This document shows positions 26,100 to 39,099 of a DNA stretch of 64,000 bases, piece after piece. The first letter of the stretch is position 1, and each line of letters starts with the position of its first letter. Made by a program: the position numbers and the translations under genes. Location: the NCBI RefSeq assembly GCF_006345805.1, contig NC_043015.1, positions 8,184,001-8,248,000 of the forward strand. The letters are read 5' to 3'. Source of the DNA: Octopus sinensis. Its lineage: Eukaryota. Under the pieces are notes generated by a model, which saw only the letters and a program-made list of their open reading frames with translations, was not told where the DNA came from and did not search any database.

Positions 26100-27900
26100 G
26101 TCGTGTAGTCCACAGAGGGGCGATTTTAGGCCCACCTTATAAGTTCGGTGGGCTTTAAAATGTAATGAAAAAATATAACTCAACAAGATGGCGGAACGCG
26201 TTATTAAAGAATTGCGAGAAAATAAACAAACCCGAACCGTCCTACAATATGGTAATAGATGAAGACTTCTTTCCCTTCCCTCCATCATAGGCAACAATAC
26301 AGAGGAGGAGCGGGAGGAGGAGGAGGAGGAGAAGAGCAAAACTGACCTGATATAAAGTACAGCGCACTGTAACAAGCATAGTAGCACAAACACTAACAGT
26401 TGTAAAATGACAATAGCAGTAGTCACAACATTGACAGCAGCCGCAGTTGTAGTCATAGCGAAAGCAACAGCAGCCACGAAAAAGAATGTAACAGCAGTGG
26501 CAGTAGCGATAACAACAACAACGAAAGCAAAAGTGACGAGAGGAGCAACAACAAAACCAATACCAGCAACATCCATAAGAACGACGTCAACAACGGAATC
26601 AGCAGCAACAACAGCAACAGTGACAACAACAAAAATAAGAAGGAAAACAATAGAAATAAAAAATATCAAAAATAGTTTTGCAGCTGCAGCAGCAAAGGCC
26701 AAACGCCGATGTAACATAAACTTCTCAAATAGGGAGCAGATGTTCCCAGAGGCATGGAAACTAATTAAACATGACAACAGTTGGGCAATTCTGACAATCC
26801 TATCAGAGGCAATTGAAGTCGTGGAGATGCAGCACAGCAGATACAAAGAGAGCGGCTTCGATTGCCCAAGTAGATATTGAGGCGCCGCTGAGGTGCATCA
26901 TAAATTACATTGAATACACAGCGAGGGTAAAAAAAATGCGGTACCATTTCAAGCTCGCGCTGTGAAACGTTCAACGAAGCCCTGCATAACCAGCAAAGTC
27001 TTCATGTATCCCTCCCACATGTGGAAACATACAGCCCGTGTCCGCATTACAAAAGTCCCACTAGGACTAGATATTTGGTGGCCTCTGTAAAGCACAATCG
27101 TACATTGGACGGATACAGTCCGTATAGAGGTGACAAGAACTGTCAGGGAGGACTGGTGAGATTTTGACCTAGAGTTACTTCTCCAGAACAAACCCGAAAA
27201 CATAAAAGAAATCCAAGACCACATCCGTCTCCGGGACAGACCGGTGATACATATCATGACTGAGAACAAAATACCTCATTAGTTCAGGTGCGGAGAATTG
27301 ACTCATTTGGGTGCACGCCACCGACTACGGTCACCATTGCTGCCAATGTCGAGACGAGAACCCCAAACATCACCACCACCGGAACAACCACCAGCAAATC
27401 CACCAGCAGCAACACCAAAGACATTAACCAACCTAGTGGGAAACAAGTAATGCTCTCCCACCCCAACACACGAAACAAAAATACACATATGAACATTTTT
27501 ATAAACATAAACACAGACACAGACATACTTACAGCAACAGACCATTCACCTTCCAGTAGGAAAGATGAAGCAAAACCAAAAGGGACAAATAACAAAAATA
27601 AACAGAAAGCACAAAAAGCACATATCATTACAACACAATAAAAAATACGAAAACCACCCACGCAAACATCTACCCGAAAACACCAACACAAATACAACCA
27701 TCACAAACACTATCACCAGAATCCCTCAAACGCAAACAACCTAAACAGGAAATGACACTCATACAGATTTCTATTCCCGCAGACGCCACACTCGCAGCAC
27801 ACACAGAAACAACAGATACAAGTTCATCAACACTACAGTCAAGCAAACAAATTAAACAACTCCAACAGAAAACACCCGACTTCGTATTCATCGCAAGGAC
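26100..27900 (+). mobile_element. 5' part of an L1/Tx1-like LINE: leader plus decayed gag-like ORF1
   Basis: caagatggcgg (26184-26194, YY1-type motif as in L1 leaders). A/C-rich low-complexity coding-like tract. ARVRITKVPLGLDIWW..., and PH*FRCGELTHLGA (~27270-27315), a decayed CCHC knuckle. No ORF2 follows. Confidence 0.5.
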
Positions 27901-28937
27901 TCTCTGATTGGTATAATATACACCTGAAATTTTATCTTGAGACCGGGGAAAACAGTAAAAAATTTAAAATCTGTAGGAAATAGCATTTCGCTCAATATTT
28001 GCTCATTAGAAATTAAATTAGCGCCAGCTTCCGTAAGTGCAATTCTTGTGCCCCCTGAAACAATTGTAGATTAAACCAATGGATACCTCATTAGTTGTTG
28101 GTTTACTTCATAGATGACATCGAATAAATAAATAAAGAAAATAAAACTTTAAAAAATGTTGCCAACATACTTTTTATCAATATAATTTTATGCTACACCT
28201 CAATCGTGATGTATGATATTGTTCCGTATAATTGGCGACTTTCGAAGATTGCTGGACCAAGAATGCAATTTGATAGCTTTTTTCACACGGGATCAGCTTC
28301 AACAGTCAGCGGAAATCTGTGCATCTGTCTATGACAAAAAATATTCTAAAGAGCACCTCCACTTATATGGAGATAAATTGATATTTTCCAGAATAGTTAT
28401 GGAGATGCTTGGTTTAATAGTTAGGATTTTGGACTCAAGATTTTGGACTTGAATCGGGTAATCCATTTTGTTTTTCAGAAAAAAAACACTTCATTTCCCA
28501 TTCCTCGAGTCGACTTAGCTGCCAAAATAAGTAATCCTCCGACAGACCAGAATCTCGTGCTGGGTGGGGTGGTATACATTGCAGAACGTCAGTGCATCTT
28601 CAACTAAAGCACGATTTCATGCTTTTCTCATTCGTCATTTCCACGCCTGTATAACAGACGGATATACATTTCAGCATCAGATATAAAGAATAGAAACTTT
28701 AAATAATGACGATATTTCCTATTTCACATATACTACATAATATAAATTAAATTTCTATCATTCAAATATCAAGCAGATAACATAAATTTAATCTTACATC
28801 CAAAGATATTTCGACCAAATAGAATTTTAACAAGGATTTAAGATTGAAATGAAATATATACGCACGCTATACCTATAGTATACGCCAAAAACAGAAAATA
28901 CGAGCACAAATACACACACGCGCACACACACACGAAC

Positions 28938-28972
<35 letters not shown>

Positions 28973-29010
28973 GATACACACACACACACACACACACATA
29001 TCTATATCTA

Positions 29011-29094
<84 letters not shown>

Positions 29095-29098
<4 letters not shown>

Positions 29099-30400
29099 CG
29101 GCCACAAAATAGACGTTGCACACATACTAAATAGAAACTAGTTTATAGCATTAATTGAAGAGTGCTAAATAAGAAACTGTTCTTCCTTAATCATAAAACG
29201 TCACTTCCTGTAACATGTTTGACGTCACACGGTGTTCTGTGCCAGGCATCTTCTATGCATTGAAGGTATCAAACGATTGATGAATGGCATGGAGATATCA
29301 GCTGTTAAAACTTGCAATGGGTTGTACCACAGTTGTCGGACTTGGATGGATGTCATTCAGCCTTGTTTTAATTTCGTTGCACAGGTGAATTATCGGGTTC
29401 AAGGCATGACTTAGAACAGGCCATGGCAGTGTTTGGATGTTGTGTTGCTGGAAGAAATATGTTGTCAACCTGGAAGTATGGGCACGGGCTTTGTCGTGTT
29501 GGAACACGTGATTATGATGAGGAGCAAACTATGACAAAATGTGAGGCGTCAGAGCTTGTTAGATATAGCGATCTGCGGTTACTCGATCGACCCGGTTTTG
29601 GTTGATGTTTTAGAAGGCCACCGGTTTCAGCGTGAGTGCAATCCCGCCCTATACTTATTTTTTACTACCCACAAGGGGCTAAATGATGAAAGGCAAGTCG
29701 ACCTCGGCGGAATGTGAACTCAGAACGTAACGGCAGACGAAATACGGCTACGCATTTCGCCCGGCGTGCTAACGATTCTGCTAGCTCGCCGCCTTATACC
29801 ATGATGCTCTGTCCTCCTCATGAGACCTTCTCCACCACACAGCCATCGGCATGACAGTTACACATACTCCAAATCCTAGCCCTGCCATCTTCCCTAGAAA
29901 TGCAATATCGACTTTCATCAGAGACGACTACAATCCCCCACTGTTGATATCGCTAGCCCACTGCAGATGTGCCCGTCGATGATGATCTGTGAGGATGGGA
30001 CCCCTAGCCTAACGTCGACATGACAGATTGAAAGATCTTAGACGACGGCGAACTGTCTCAGCCCAATGAGCCTCTGGGTTGTCCCTATGGTCTGCCTAGC
30101 TGATTTTACTGCCTTCTAGAATCGGTCTTGCAAGTGCTGTAGGTGAAGGTGGCGATCTTGACGTGCCGGTGTGACCTTCGTTTGGCCACTGCGTGGACGA
30201 TTATCCATGCTCTTTGTAGCAGTGTATCGTACCTTCAGCCGCTCAATTCTCCGAATACTACAGTTCGTGTCATTGGCAATGACCATGGACGTTGACCAGC
30301 ATGTGGACGTCCGGTGGCTTGCTCTATCCGCTTTCGTGTCAGTCTTGATATGCTTGCTGCGTTCTGGAAACGAATGACATGCTGGTAAATTTAGGTGCCT
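29095..30400 (-). mobile_element. Tc1 (DD34E) transposon relic interrupted by a SINE
   Basis: Minus frames: RPRSGQTKVTPARQDRH, AETVRRRLR, RGPILTDHHRRAHLQWA, VSDESRY, GGQSIMV, then beyond the SINE FQHDKARAH and WPVLSHALNPI. Confidence 0.85.
29655..29793 (-). mobile_element. Internally deleted SINE family B inserted in the Tc1 transposase
   Basis: Head and tail of family B are present with the middle missing. It splits the GGSVMVWGGI-type motif, with a short duplicated cc.tatac on the flanks. Confidence 0.9.
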
Positions 30401-31158
30401 TTTATACCTAATGAGTCAACGTTCCGTTCATGCATCATGATATCCCTCATGCTTTTCATAAAGATACATTCGCGAATAGCAATACAGAAAGCGAATACAG
30501 ATATTTAGAAATAACGAAAGTGTCAACACTGAGAAAACAAACATCTTGAAAAAAAAAGGCAAAGCAGATTATAAAAATATAGATAAAAGAAAGACTCTTG
30601 CCCCACCATATAACTGTAGAATGCTGTGGTATTTCCTGTGTTGCTATAAATTCTAGCATACCCAACTTTTTATCTTTAGATCAATTGTGATAAAGATAAG
30701 ATTGTTGGTTCTCGTGTTATATCAGGTTTTTTTCTCTTCCAAATGCTTAAACGTTGTTTTAGATGTACATTAAAGCTGCCAGCAAGTTAGAGAATCGTGG
30801 GAGGTCTTAATTATGTTGGGCATTTTCTTATAGCTTTGTACTTTTCTAGTATTCTATACTTTATACTGAATTTCTTGTTCCTATCTTATTTCTCTTTTTT
30901 TCGTACTTAAACGTAGATGGGCGAAAATATCCTTTATGTGAAATTGTTTTCTTTCATGTTTCCATACTGTTTTCCATCATGTAACTTCAGCTACATATAC
31001 TTTTGCTTTTCGTTCTCAAGACGTGTGTCATAAATATATATTTCATTTCTGAAGTTAAATTGGGCACGTTGTTCTTCTTATGTCAATGTAATATACGGTT
31101 ATTGAATTCAAAAAACATACTCGCAGAAATATACAAATGTATGAGTGTTTATGCATGC

Positions 31159-31187
31159 ATTATTATTATTATTATATTATTATTATT

Positions 31188-31256
<69 letters not shown>

Positions 31257-31295
31257 GGTGTTGTTATTATTATTAATATTGTTGTTGTTGTTATC
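31159..31295. repeat. (ATT)n(GTT)n compound microsatellite
   Basis: Direct reading. Confidence 0.95.
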
Positions 31296-31769
31296 TTATT
31301 TTTATTTTTTAATCTGCATGCTTGTTACAGTCACTTGCCAAGACATACCCAGTGTCTTGGGGCGAGTGAACGATGAGAGATGTTACAGTATGACTGAAAA
31401 TTTGGGGAAGGGAATTAGTGACAAGGTATTTAAGGTATTGGTTAGTTTTGTGATAAGGGGAGTATTACGATGTTGATAAGTTTTGGGTTGCTCCACAATT
31501 TAATATAAGTTTATACCTAATGATTTTTATGCGACTCTACCCTCTACTGTTCTCTATCTCCCCCCTTTCGTTTTCTCTCTCTTCCTTTCTTTAATTCTTT
31601 AATTCTCTTTGCTTACACGTAACCATCGCCTCTCTCATTGCTCACACGTGACTATCGTCTATCACGTGATCGCATTTCTTTTCCTTCTGTCTGCCGCACA
31701 GAACATGTGAATTTTTATCTGTCTCCTCTCCTATATTATCTTGTCACTGCGTTACCCCCTTTGTTCGGG

Positions 31770-31920
31770 TGTTTACATACTCGTAATTTAACGGTTCGGC
31801 AAGAGAGACAGATAGAATATGTACTAGGTTGTAAAAATAAGTCCTGGCGGTCATGTCTTCGACTAAAACCCTTCAAAACGATACCCCAACATGGTCGCAG
31901 TTAAATGACTGAAACAATAG
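31770..31920 (+). mobile_element. 3' tail fragment of SINE family A
   Basis: taacggttcggcaagagagacagatagaatatgtactagg...catggtcgcagttaaatgactgaaacaa. Confidence 0.8.
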
Positions 31921-32685
31921 ATACAAGATGTAAAGACAGGAAGTATTTTCAATTTGGGCCGAATGAATAAATTGGCAAACGAAAATAACAGAATCAACTC
32001 TGCTCAAGTGTAAACGGATGCTCGATCTAAGGAAGAAACTGCTACGCAGTGGCATAGTAAATAGTAATACAAGTGCAATTTCTTCATGATCACACCCTAA
32101 CTCTTAAATAAAGAAAGGTGTATTAGGTAACACATTATTGATACACTATAAGTGAAAAATAAAAATGGTTGCTGCTGTTAATTTAAGATGCTTTTTAACA
32201 TAGGTCTGATCAATCATGGCTGACATAAATCTGATCAATACCTAGAATAACAAGATAAGGAAATAAAATTACATAAGCCCAAAAGATCGGAAATTTGGCT
32301 TCTACAAGGCAACAACAGTTCTGTAGCCAACCACACTTCCTCTTACATAAATTGCACAGATATCTCATAAAAGATATTATTTCTCTTGACATAAAATATA
32401 AATTTTATACGAAAAGAGATATGGTGGATTAGTGGGGAAAGTACATCCGATTCATCTGCTTGTTACACCAATGAAAAATCTCTGTTTCACTATGAAAACA
32501 GTCGAGAATACATGGAGATAATTTGTATTTAGTATAAAGATATTTAGGTCAAAGCTATGTTTCTCATCTACGTTACTTCATCTTACAACCATATGATTTG
32601 ATGTTGAGGCTCAATGGACGCCATCATGAAGTAGAATTTTCTGGTATAAGAAAGGGCCACGCGATGCATTGTAATTATTTGTATA

Positions 32686-33539
32686 CATGATATGATCAAT
32701 AAGTACCCGGACGTTTACCATAGTAACGAGGCTAAATCACGCAGAGTAAAGCTGCTTCACACGGATTGACCTCAAACTCCGCTGTGCATGCGGACTAAGT
32801 TTTAAAGTTGTAACTCATGTCTGTTGTTTACAGCAATGCTTCGAAGGAAGGTGTGTAGCGTGTAATATCCACATTGAACATGACAGAGAAAAGCGAGCAG
32901 AATATCTGCATCAAATGTTGTGAAAAGCCTGGTGATCTCTGCTCAGGGGCCTACACAATCAAGGAGATTTTGTGCAACTGGAGTGTCTTTTCGGTCAGCT
33001 GAAAACCTTTTTGATTCAAACTTGGCAAACACTCGCCTTATACCGAAATCCTCAGTGATAGTGGATTGAACTGAACCCTAACTAAAATCCACACATCCTC
33101 TGATAACTCACGGATGGGAATTCCATGATCTCACTTCACAGCTGCACGCATATCTGCGAAGTTTTTCTCAGTTCTGCTGGTTGAGTGTTTCCCAGAACGT
33201 TCGTCAATATCGACATTTTTTCGGCCACTTTGAAAACGTCTGAGACACCCGTACAGTGGTATGTGGCGCATACACACCTCTCCATAAACCTTCTGCAACT
33301 TTGCGTAGGACTCTAATCAGGCATCGCTATGACAACTGTCATGGATAATGGAGACGATCACACGCTAAACATCTTTCTCCCAAGCACTGCTCTAAATGGC
33401 GGAAATGAGCTACAAAGCTAAAACTTAGTGCGCATGCGTAACAGAGTTGCAGGTCAAACTTTGCCAAGCGATTCTGTACTCTAGATGCTTTAGCTCCGTT
33501 ACTATAGTAACAGTCTGGATGCTTATTGATCAGACCACG
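32686..33539. mobile_element. Mariner derivative made of two inverted 5' ends, TA-flanked
   Basis: Left tacatgatatgatcaataagtacccggac... matches reverse complement of right tacgtggtctgatcaataagcatccagac..., and homology extends ~200 bp to atgaca. N-terminal transposase remnants on + (EKSEQNICIKCCEKPG, ~32885) and on - (ESYAKLQKVYGE...RRFQSGR...IRELSED). Confidence 0.8.
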
Positions 33540-34227
33540 TATTTGATAAATGGAAACAGTACATGAGCTGTCTCATATATGTGTGTGTGAGTGTGTTTCT
33601 ATGTGCGTGTGAGTCTACATGTGTACGTGTATGTGTGTCTGTGTGTTTGTGTGTGTATGCGTGTGTATGTATATATATATATATACATATAGGCAAAATC
33701 CTGGGTTAAGCACACCATATAATCCTCCATAACGTTTTAAATATTTTTTGGGAATTCTCAGTTAAATTTTGTGAATTTGTTCTACAAACGGGAACTCATA
33801 AGAATATGCAAAAACAAATTTCTTTAAAGCTTTTTAAGCCCGCCACTAAATCCGAAAACTTCCACTCTTTTTCAATTCTTTTTAGAAATCAGAGCTTAAA
33901 ATACAGACGATCCGAATATTGGTGCTTCTTGGATGCACCATCATTCAGAGAAAATTATTGAAAAATACCAATACCTGCCTCGGAGAAAAAGATACAAGGT
34001 ATGAGGTAGTCGTAATATGTGCTGAAAGAAAAGCTAAATCACCCTTAAATGACACAATCTTGTTTTCCATAATTGTATGAATTGCAGTGCATAGAACACG
34101 AATTCACCAAAAGTTTCTGAAAATTCCAGAAAATAAAATATTATTAAGAATTATAAGGCGTTCTGAAACCAAAATTTCTCCTAAATATATATATGCATAT
34201 ATGTATAATTACAAATGAGTATGTACG

Positions 34228-34452
<225 letters not shown>

Positions 34453-34759
34453 ATGTATTGAGAGATGGATAGATATACAGACAGATAGATAGATAAAGGA
34501 TGTGTTTGTCTACATCAAGTTCCTGAGAAATTAGGAAACGAGGATCTCATCGAAGGGGTGTTCGACAATGAAGTTGATGATGATGGTGATGATGATGATG
34601 ACGATATTAATGATGATGGCGTTACTATGACAATGTTGATTCTGTCACAGGTTGGACCTTTTGTAAAGGTAGAACATCTACAAAAATCAGTGGCTAGGGA
34701 GCTCAGAGCTAAAGGCAGAGAGTGAAAGCTTTAACTTGGTTGCCCAAGATCCGAGTTTA

Positions 34760-35345
34760 TTGACTCAGAACTATGAAGCTAATGGGATGAAAATTGGTGT
34801 AGACGCAAAGAGCCGAAACTGCGGCGATGGGATAGAAACAGTCGACCAACTAATCTCTGGATGTAAGGTTTTAGTACCAGTACAGTACGAATCAAAACAT
34901 GACAGAGTTGGCCAACATCTACATTGGATAATGTGTCGGCATTATAAAATCAGAACTGCTGACATTTTACATGCACCACCCTGAAGCTGTAACTCAGGGA
35001 GGAAAATTAACTATTCTTCTGAACTTCCCAGTATGTACAGATCGGACCGCGAAGGCAAATAACCTAGATATTGTTGTGAAAGACAAAATCAGTAAAGTAT
35101 GTTCATTGATTGACGTGAGCATACCCTATGACCATAAAATCTCGGCAAATGAATTTGATATGCGCAGAAAATATAAAGATCTGCTAATCGAAATCGAAAA
35201 TATGTGGCATCTCAGGAGGGTTGCAATATCAGTGACTGTAGTAGCACCTTCAATGAGAAAAAAGGAACTGAACATTATTTAAGAATGATCTCTGGCTTAC
35301 TATCCATCCAGGAAGTGCAAATGTTACACGTATTGAGAAGAGCAT
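34760..35345 (+). pseudogene. R4/Dong-like LINE 3' fragment: zinc knuckle + restriction-like endonuclease
   Basis: ORFs 34736 and 34971: NCGDGIETVDQLISGC...KHDRVGQHLHW and ANNLDIVVKDK...CSLIDVSIPYD...KYKDLLIEIENMW. Confidence 0.85.
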
Positions 35346-36608
35346 TTATTTCTTTACTTTTCTATTTTTTAATTTATTGCTTTTGATCTCTGTCTTCCCT
35401 GTTTTTCTGTCTCATGAATCTGCAAATGAACTGGTGTGCTTGTTTTAATGGCCTACCAATTAATATAAAACGCTTCTCTTTCCTAGGTGTCAGGTAGACA
35501 CTCGGCAACATATGGAAATGGAACTGAAATAGGTGAATCTTGGTATAAAAGATGGGCTACAGATAATATCATTCTCAATACCACATATTTGCTTGTCAGT
35601 TGTTTCACCTTTACCAGTTGAGCATGTCCCTTAGTGGCTGACGATATGTGCATCTGTGATAAAAAGAAAACGGTAATAATAATAATGATAATAATAATAC
35701 TAACATCAACAACAACAACAATAATAATAGTTGGTGTTCCTTAATGGATTCTTTCGATATCAATTTTTGTGTGGTACTTCATTTCATCCGCTATTGAAGA
35801 TGGAATACAAGTTTGACCCTTGCGACTTCGAAATCATATAAGAATGACACAAATTTCTTTACAGGTCATACTTGCCTGTAATAATACTAAGTACATAGGG
35901 GATGCTTTACTATTATATTTTATAGCAGAACAAAAAAGAACCGAAATATATTCCAGCATTACAAAATCGAAATGCGGATACCCTCATTTAGTAGATTACT
36001 GTATTTTGTGCAGAATACACTGTAAACTTAGAACTAAACACACACATAGACATAGCTACACACTCTCTTTCTCTCAAGCATATACATTCACACAGGCAAA
36101 CGCACACACATCAATATCAATACAGAAATGCAAGAAAATAGCACAGCAATAATTCCGTGTATTATATTTTACAGAAAACATTCATTTCCTAGTCATGTTG
36201 GAAAACAACACAGAAAACAAATTAAGATGATGAGAATAAAAAAAAAATCATTCTTCAAAAGAAAAGAAAAAGAACAGAAACAGTTATAAAGGTATGCCAA
36301 TTGATATGGTCTTTCATTATCTTATTTATTCGCTTTTTTTTCCTCGATATATATGGAAAATTCAAAAGAATATTTTAATAAATGTATTTTTCATATCTCT
36401 ACTGAGGATTTTGACCTCAACGGATGCAACAAAGATTTTAGTTCGCAAATAAAACATTTTATCTACACAGATACTGAACATAAGTTGTTTTACTGATGTT
36501 ACTCAAGAGTTAAAAAGATACGCAATAGAAACATATGTTCCATTAGGAGGCCAGCAGTGTCTTATTTCTGTTCTGAAAACAACACACACTCACGCACACA
36601 CACACACA

Positions 36609-36663
<55 letters not shown>

Positions 36664-36825
36664 GTAGACACATGCATACTCAAACATAGACAAATATATA
36701 TAAATATGTATATATATATATATAGGCACAAATGTATGCATATGCGTATGTGTATATCTATAGACATATGTGCCTACATATTTTTGTATGAGTATACTAC
36801 GCACAAACAAACATGCACCCGTGCA

Positions 36826-36902
<77 letters not shown>

Positions 36903-37384
36903 TTTTTTATCTTTAGATTATATAAACATAGTACAAAAATACATCAGTGGATCAACTCACAAAAAAAATACAGTGAAAACTGCGTAGGTCATAATATTTA
37001 AACAAAAGGCAACAGACATGCCAACACATGCCAACACCAGCCGTATGAAAATACAGACACGCTGTAGGCACAGACACGTAATTTCGGGTGCAGGCACACA
37101 ACCACATATGCACGTAGGTCTGTGTATTTTTGTATGTCTGTGTGTCTATGCGTGTGTGCGCGCGTATAATATATATGTATATATATATATATATATAAGA
37201 TATAGTGTAAGAAACAAATACTAGTATCTAATTATATGCACATACATACACATATACACACATATGTATATATATATATATACATGCATACATACACACA
37301 CACATGATATCAAAATAGTTAAATTCAGTGACTAACGAAACATATGCTGTACCATGCATGCACAAAAGCAAACGCCTATATCTG

Positions 37385-37490
<106 letters not shown>

Positions 37491-37556
37491 TACGGAGATG
37501 TACTCGCATAGCAAGTAATTTGATCTGAGATCGTGTGCTGAAACGAAAACAATTGC

Positions 37557-37821
37557 AGCGTGGAAGGTGTTTATAAGCCATTTAAGAAACACACAAAAGC
37601 CGTTCGATTCACTCCAACATTTAAGTTTAATTTGTCAAAATATTTTCGTCGCTAAAATCCGCGATCTGTTCACTGACAAAGTCCGTGCAGCACGGACTTT
37701 GTCAGTGAACAGATCGCGGATTTTAGCGACGAAAATATTTTGACAAATTAAACTTAAATGTTGGAGTGAATCGAACGGCTTTTGTGTGTTTCTTAAATGG
37801 CTTATAAACACCTTCCACGCT
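37557..37821. repeat. Perfect 265-bp palindrome (132-bp arms, 1-nt spacer at 37689)
   Basis: I compared the arms base by base. 37557-37688 is the exact reverse complement of 37690-37821. Confidence 0.97.
37698..37747 (+). ncRNA. Candidate minimal type I hammerhead ribozyme with G3:C8 core (mirror copy on - strand at 37631-37680)
   Basis: tttgtca GTGAACA g a tcgc ggatttta gcga c GAAA atat tt tgacaaa: 7-bp stem I, 5-bp stem II with one bulge, self-complementary AATATT stem III. Confidence 0.55.
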
Positions 37822-37913
37822 TCAATATATATATAATTATATATATATATATATGTGTGTGTGTATATATGAATTATTTGTGTAATGAGATAAAAAAAAC
37901 AAGACCGTATAGA

Positions 37914-37956
<43 letters not shown>

Positions 37957-38007
37957 TTATATATATATATGTATGTATGTATCTATCTCTCTCTCTCTCT
38001 CTCTCTC

Positions 38008-38046
<39 letters not shown>

Positions 38047-38049
38047 TAT

Positions 38050-39040
38050 ATGTAGTAGGACACACTTTAGCAGTAATTGCAGCTTGAATTCTATGATACA
38101 TTCGTAGTACAAATTTTGAATTGCTTCCAAAGGAATCTTTGTCCATTCTTCTGCTAAAACTCTCTTCAGTTCTTGTAGTGATGATAATGGAGGATATCGA
38201 CCTCTTACTTCTTTTTTCTGAAACGCACCATAAACGTTCAATGATATTGGTATCTGGGCACTGTGGTAGCCAGGTAAGATGTTCAACTTCACTAGAATGT
38301 TGCTCGTGCCATTCCGTACCAAATACAGCTCTGTGATTTGGTGCTTTATCATCCTGAAAGATTTTGTTTGCCTCCGAATACAGTTCCGCAGTAACAGGAT
38401 GAATTTGCTGAGATAAAATGCTTATATAGTCTTGCTCATCACAGCTCCTCCTACATGTTTAACAATTGGAAGAAAGCAGACTGGGTCAAATGCTTCCTCT
38501 GGCTAGCTCCAAGCGTTTACTCGTCCAGTGCTCGGAAATAAGGTAAAGTGTGGCTCGTCCGAGAATATAAAATTCTCCCACTTCTCTAAGGACCAATTCA
38601 GTAGGGTTTTACTCCACTCAAAACACTTTGCAACGTTTGCTTTTGAAAGTTGTGGTTTTCTAATTGTAGCCCTCCCGTAAAATCCGGGTTTGTGCAGCTC
38701 CCGGCGAACAGAATTTATGGAAACTGGGTGCTCGAGGTGGTCATTAAGCACTGCAGTAATTTTAGGAGCTGTACTTTTGTGATCCTTTGTAACAATTCGC
38801 ATATGAGTCCAACGGTCGCAATTTGAAAGTTTTGGCTTTCTTCCGGAGTTTTGTTTCGACGAGGAAGTTTTTCCCTGTTTCTCAAAACAGTACTTCTTGA
38901 TACACCAAATATTTCCGCTGTTTTCGTCTCGCTATCGCCTGCCATACGACTACCAACTATTTGACCTCTTTGAAAGTCCGATAGATCTGTCATTTTAATG
39001 AATTTTAATTACCTTTTTCTGGTGATATTTGAAAAGGAAC
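38050..39040 (-). mobile_element. Tc1 (DD34E) transposase pseudogene/element relic
   Basis: Frameshifted ORFs: MTDLSDFQRGQIVG...FGVSRSTV, SVRRELH..GFYGR, FIFSDEPHF, FQDDKAPNH and WLPQCPDTNIIE. Confidence 0.9.
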
Positions 39041-39099
39041 AGTAATATTAGCAAGACATATTAAGCAACACTAATAATAAATAATAAACATAAAAAGAG

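Larger units (their letters stand above)
37491..37826. mobile_element. PLE-associated terminal repeat, copy 2, folded back on itself and embedded in (TA)n
   Basis: Colinear with 1664-1856, then continues as its own reverse complement. Confidence 0.8.

Noticed and set aside
26407-26880. Thr/Ala-rich mucin-like 157-aa ORF
   Set aside because: It is low-complexity (ACA/GCA) sequence within the decayed LINE ORF1 region.
29915-29940. CTGATGA on the minus strand
   Set aside because: It encodes the SDE motif of the Tc1 transposase, and no stem II/GAAA follows.
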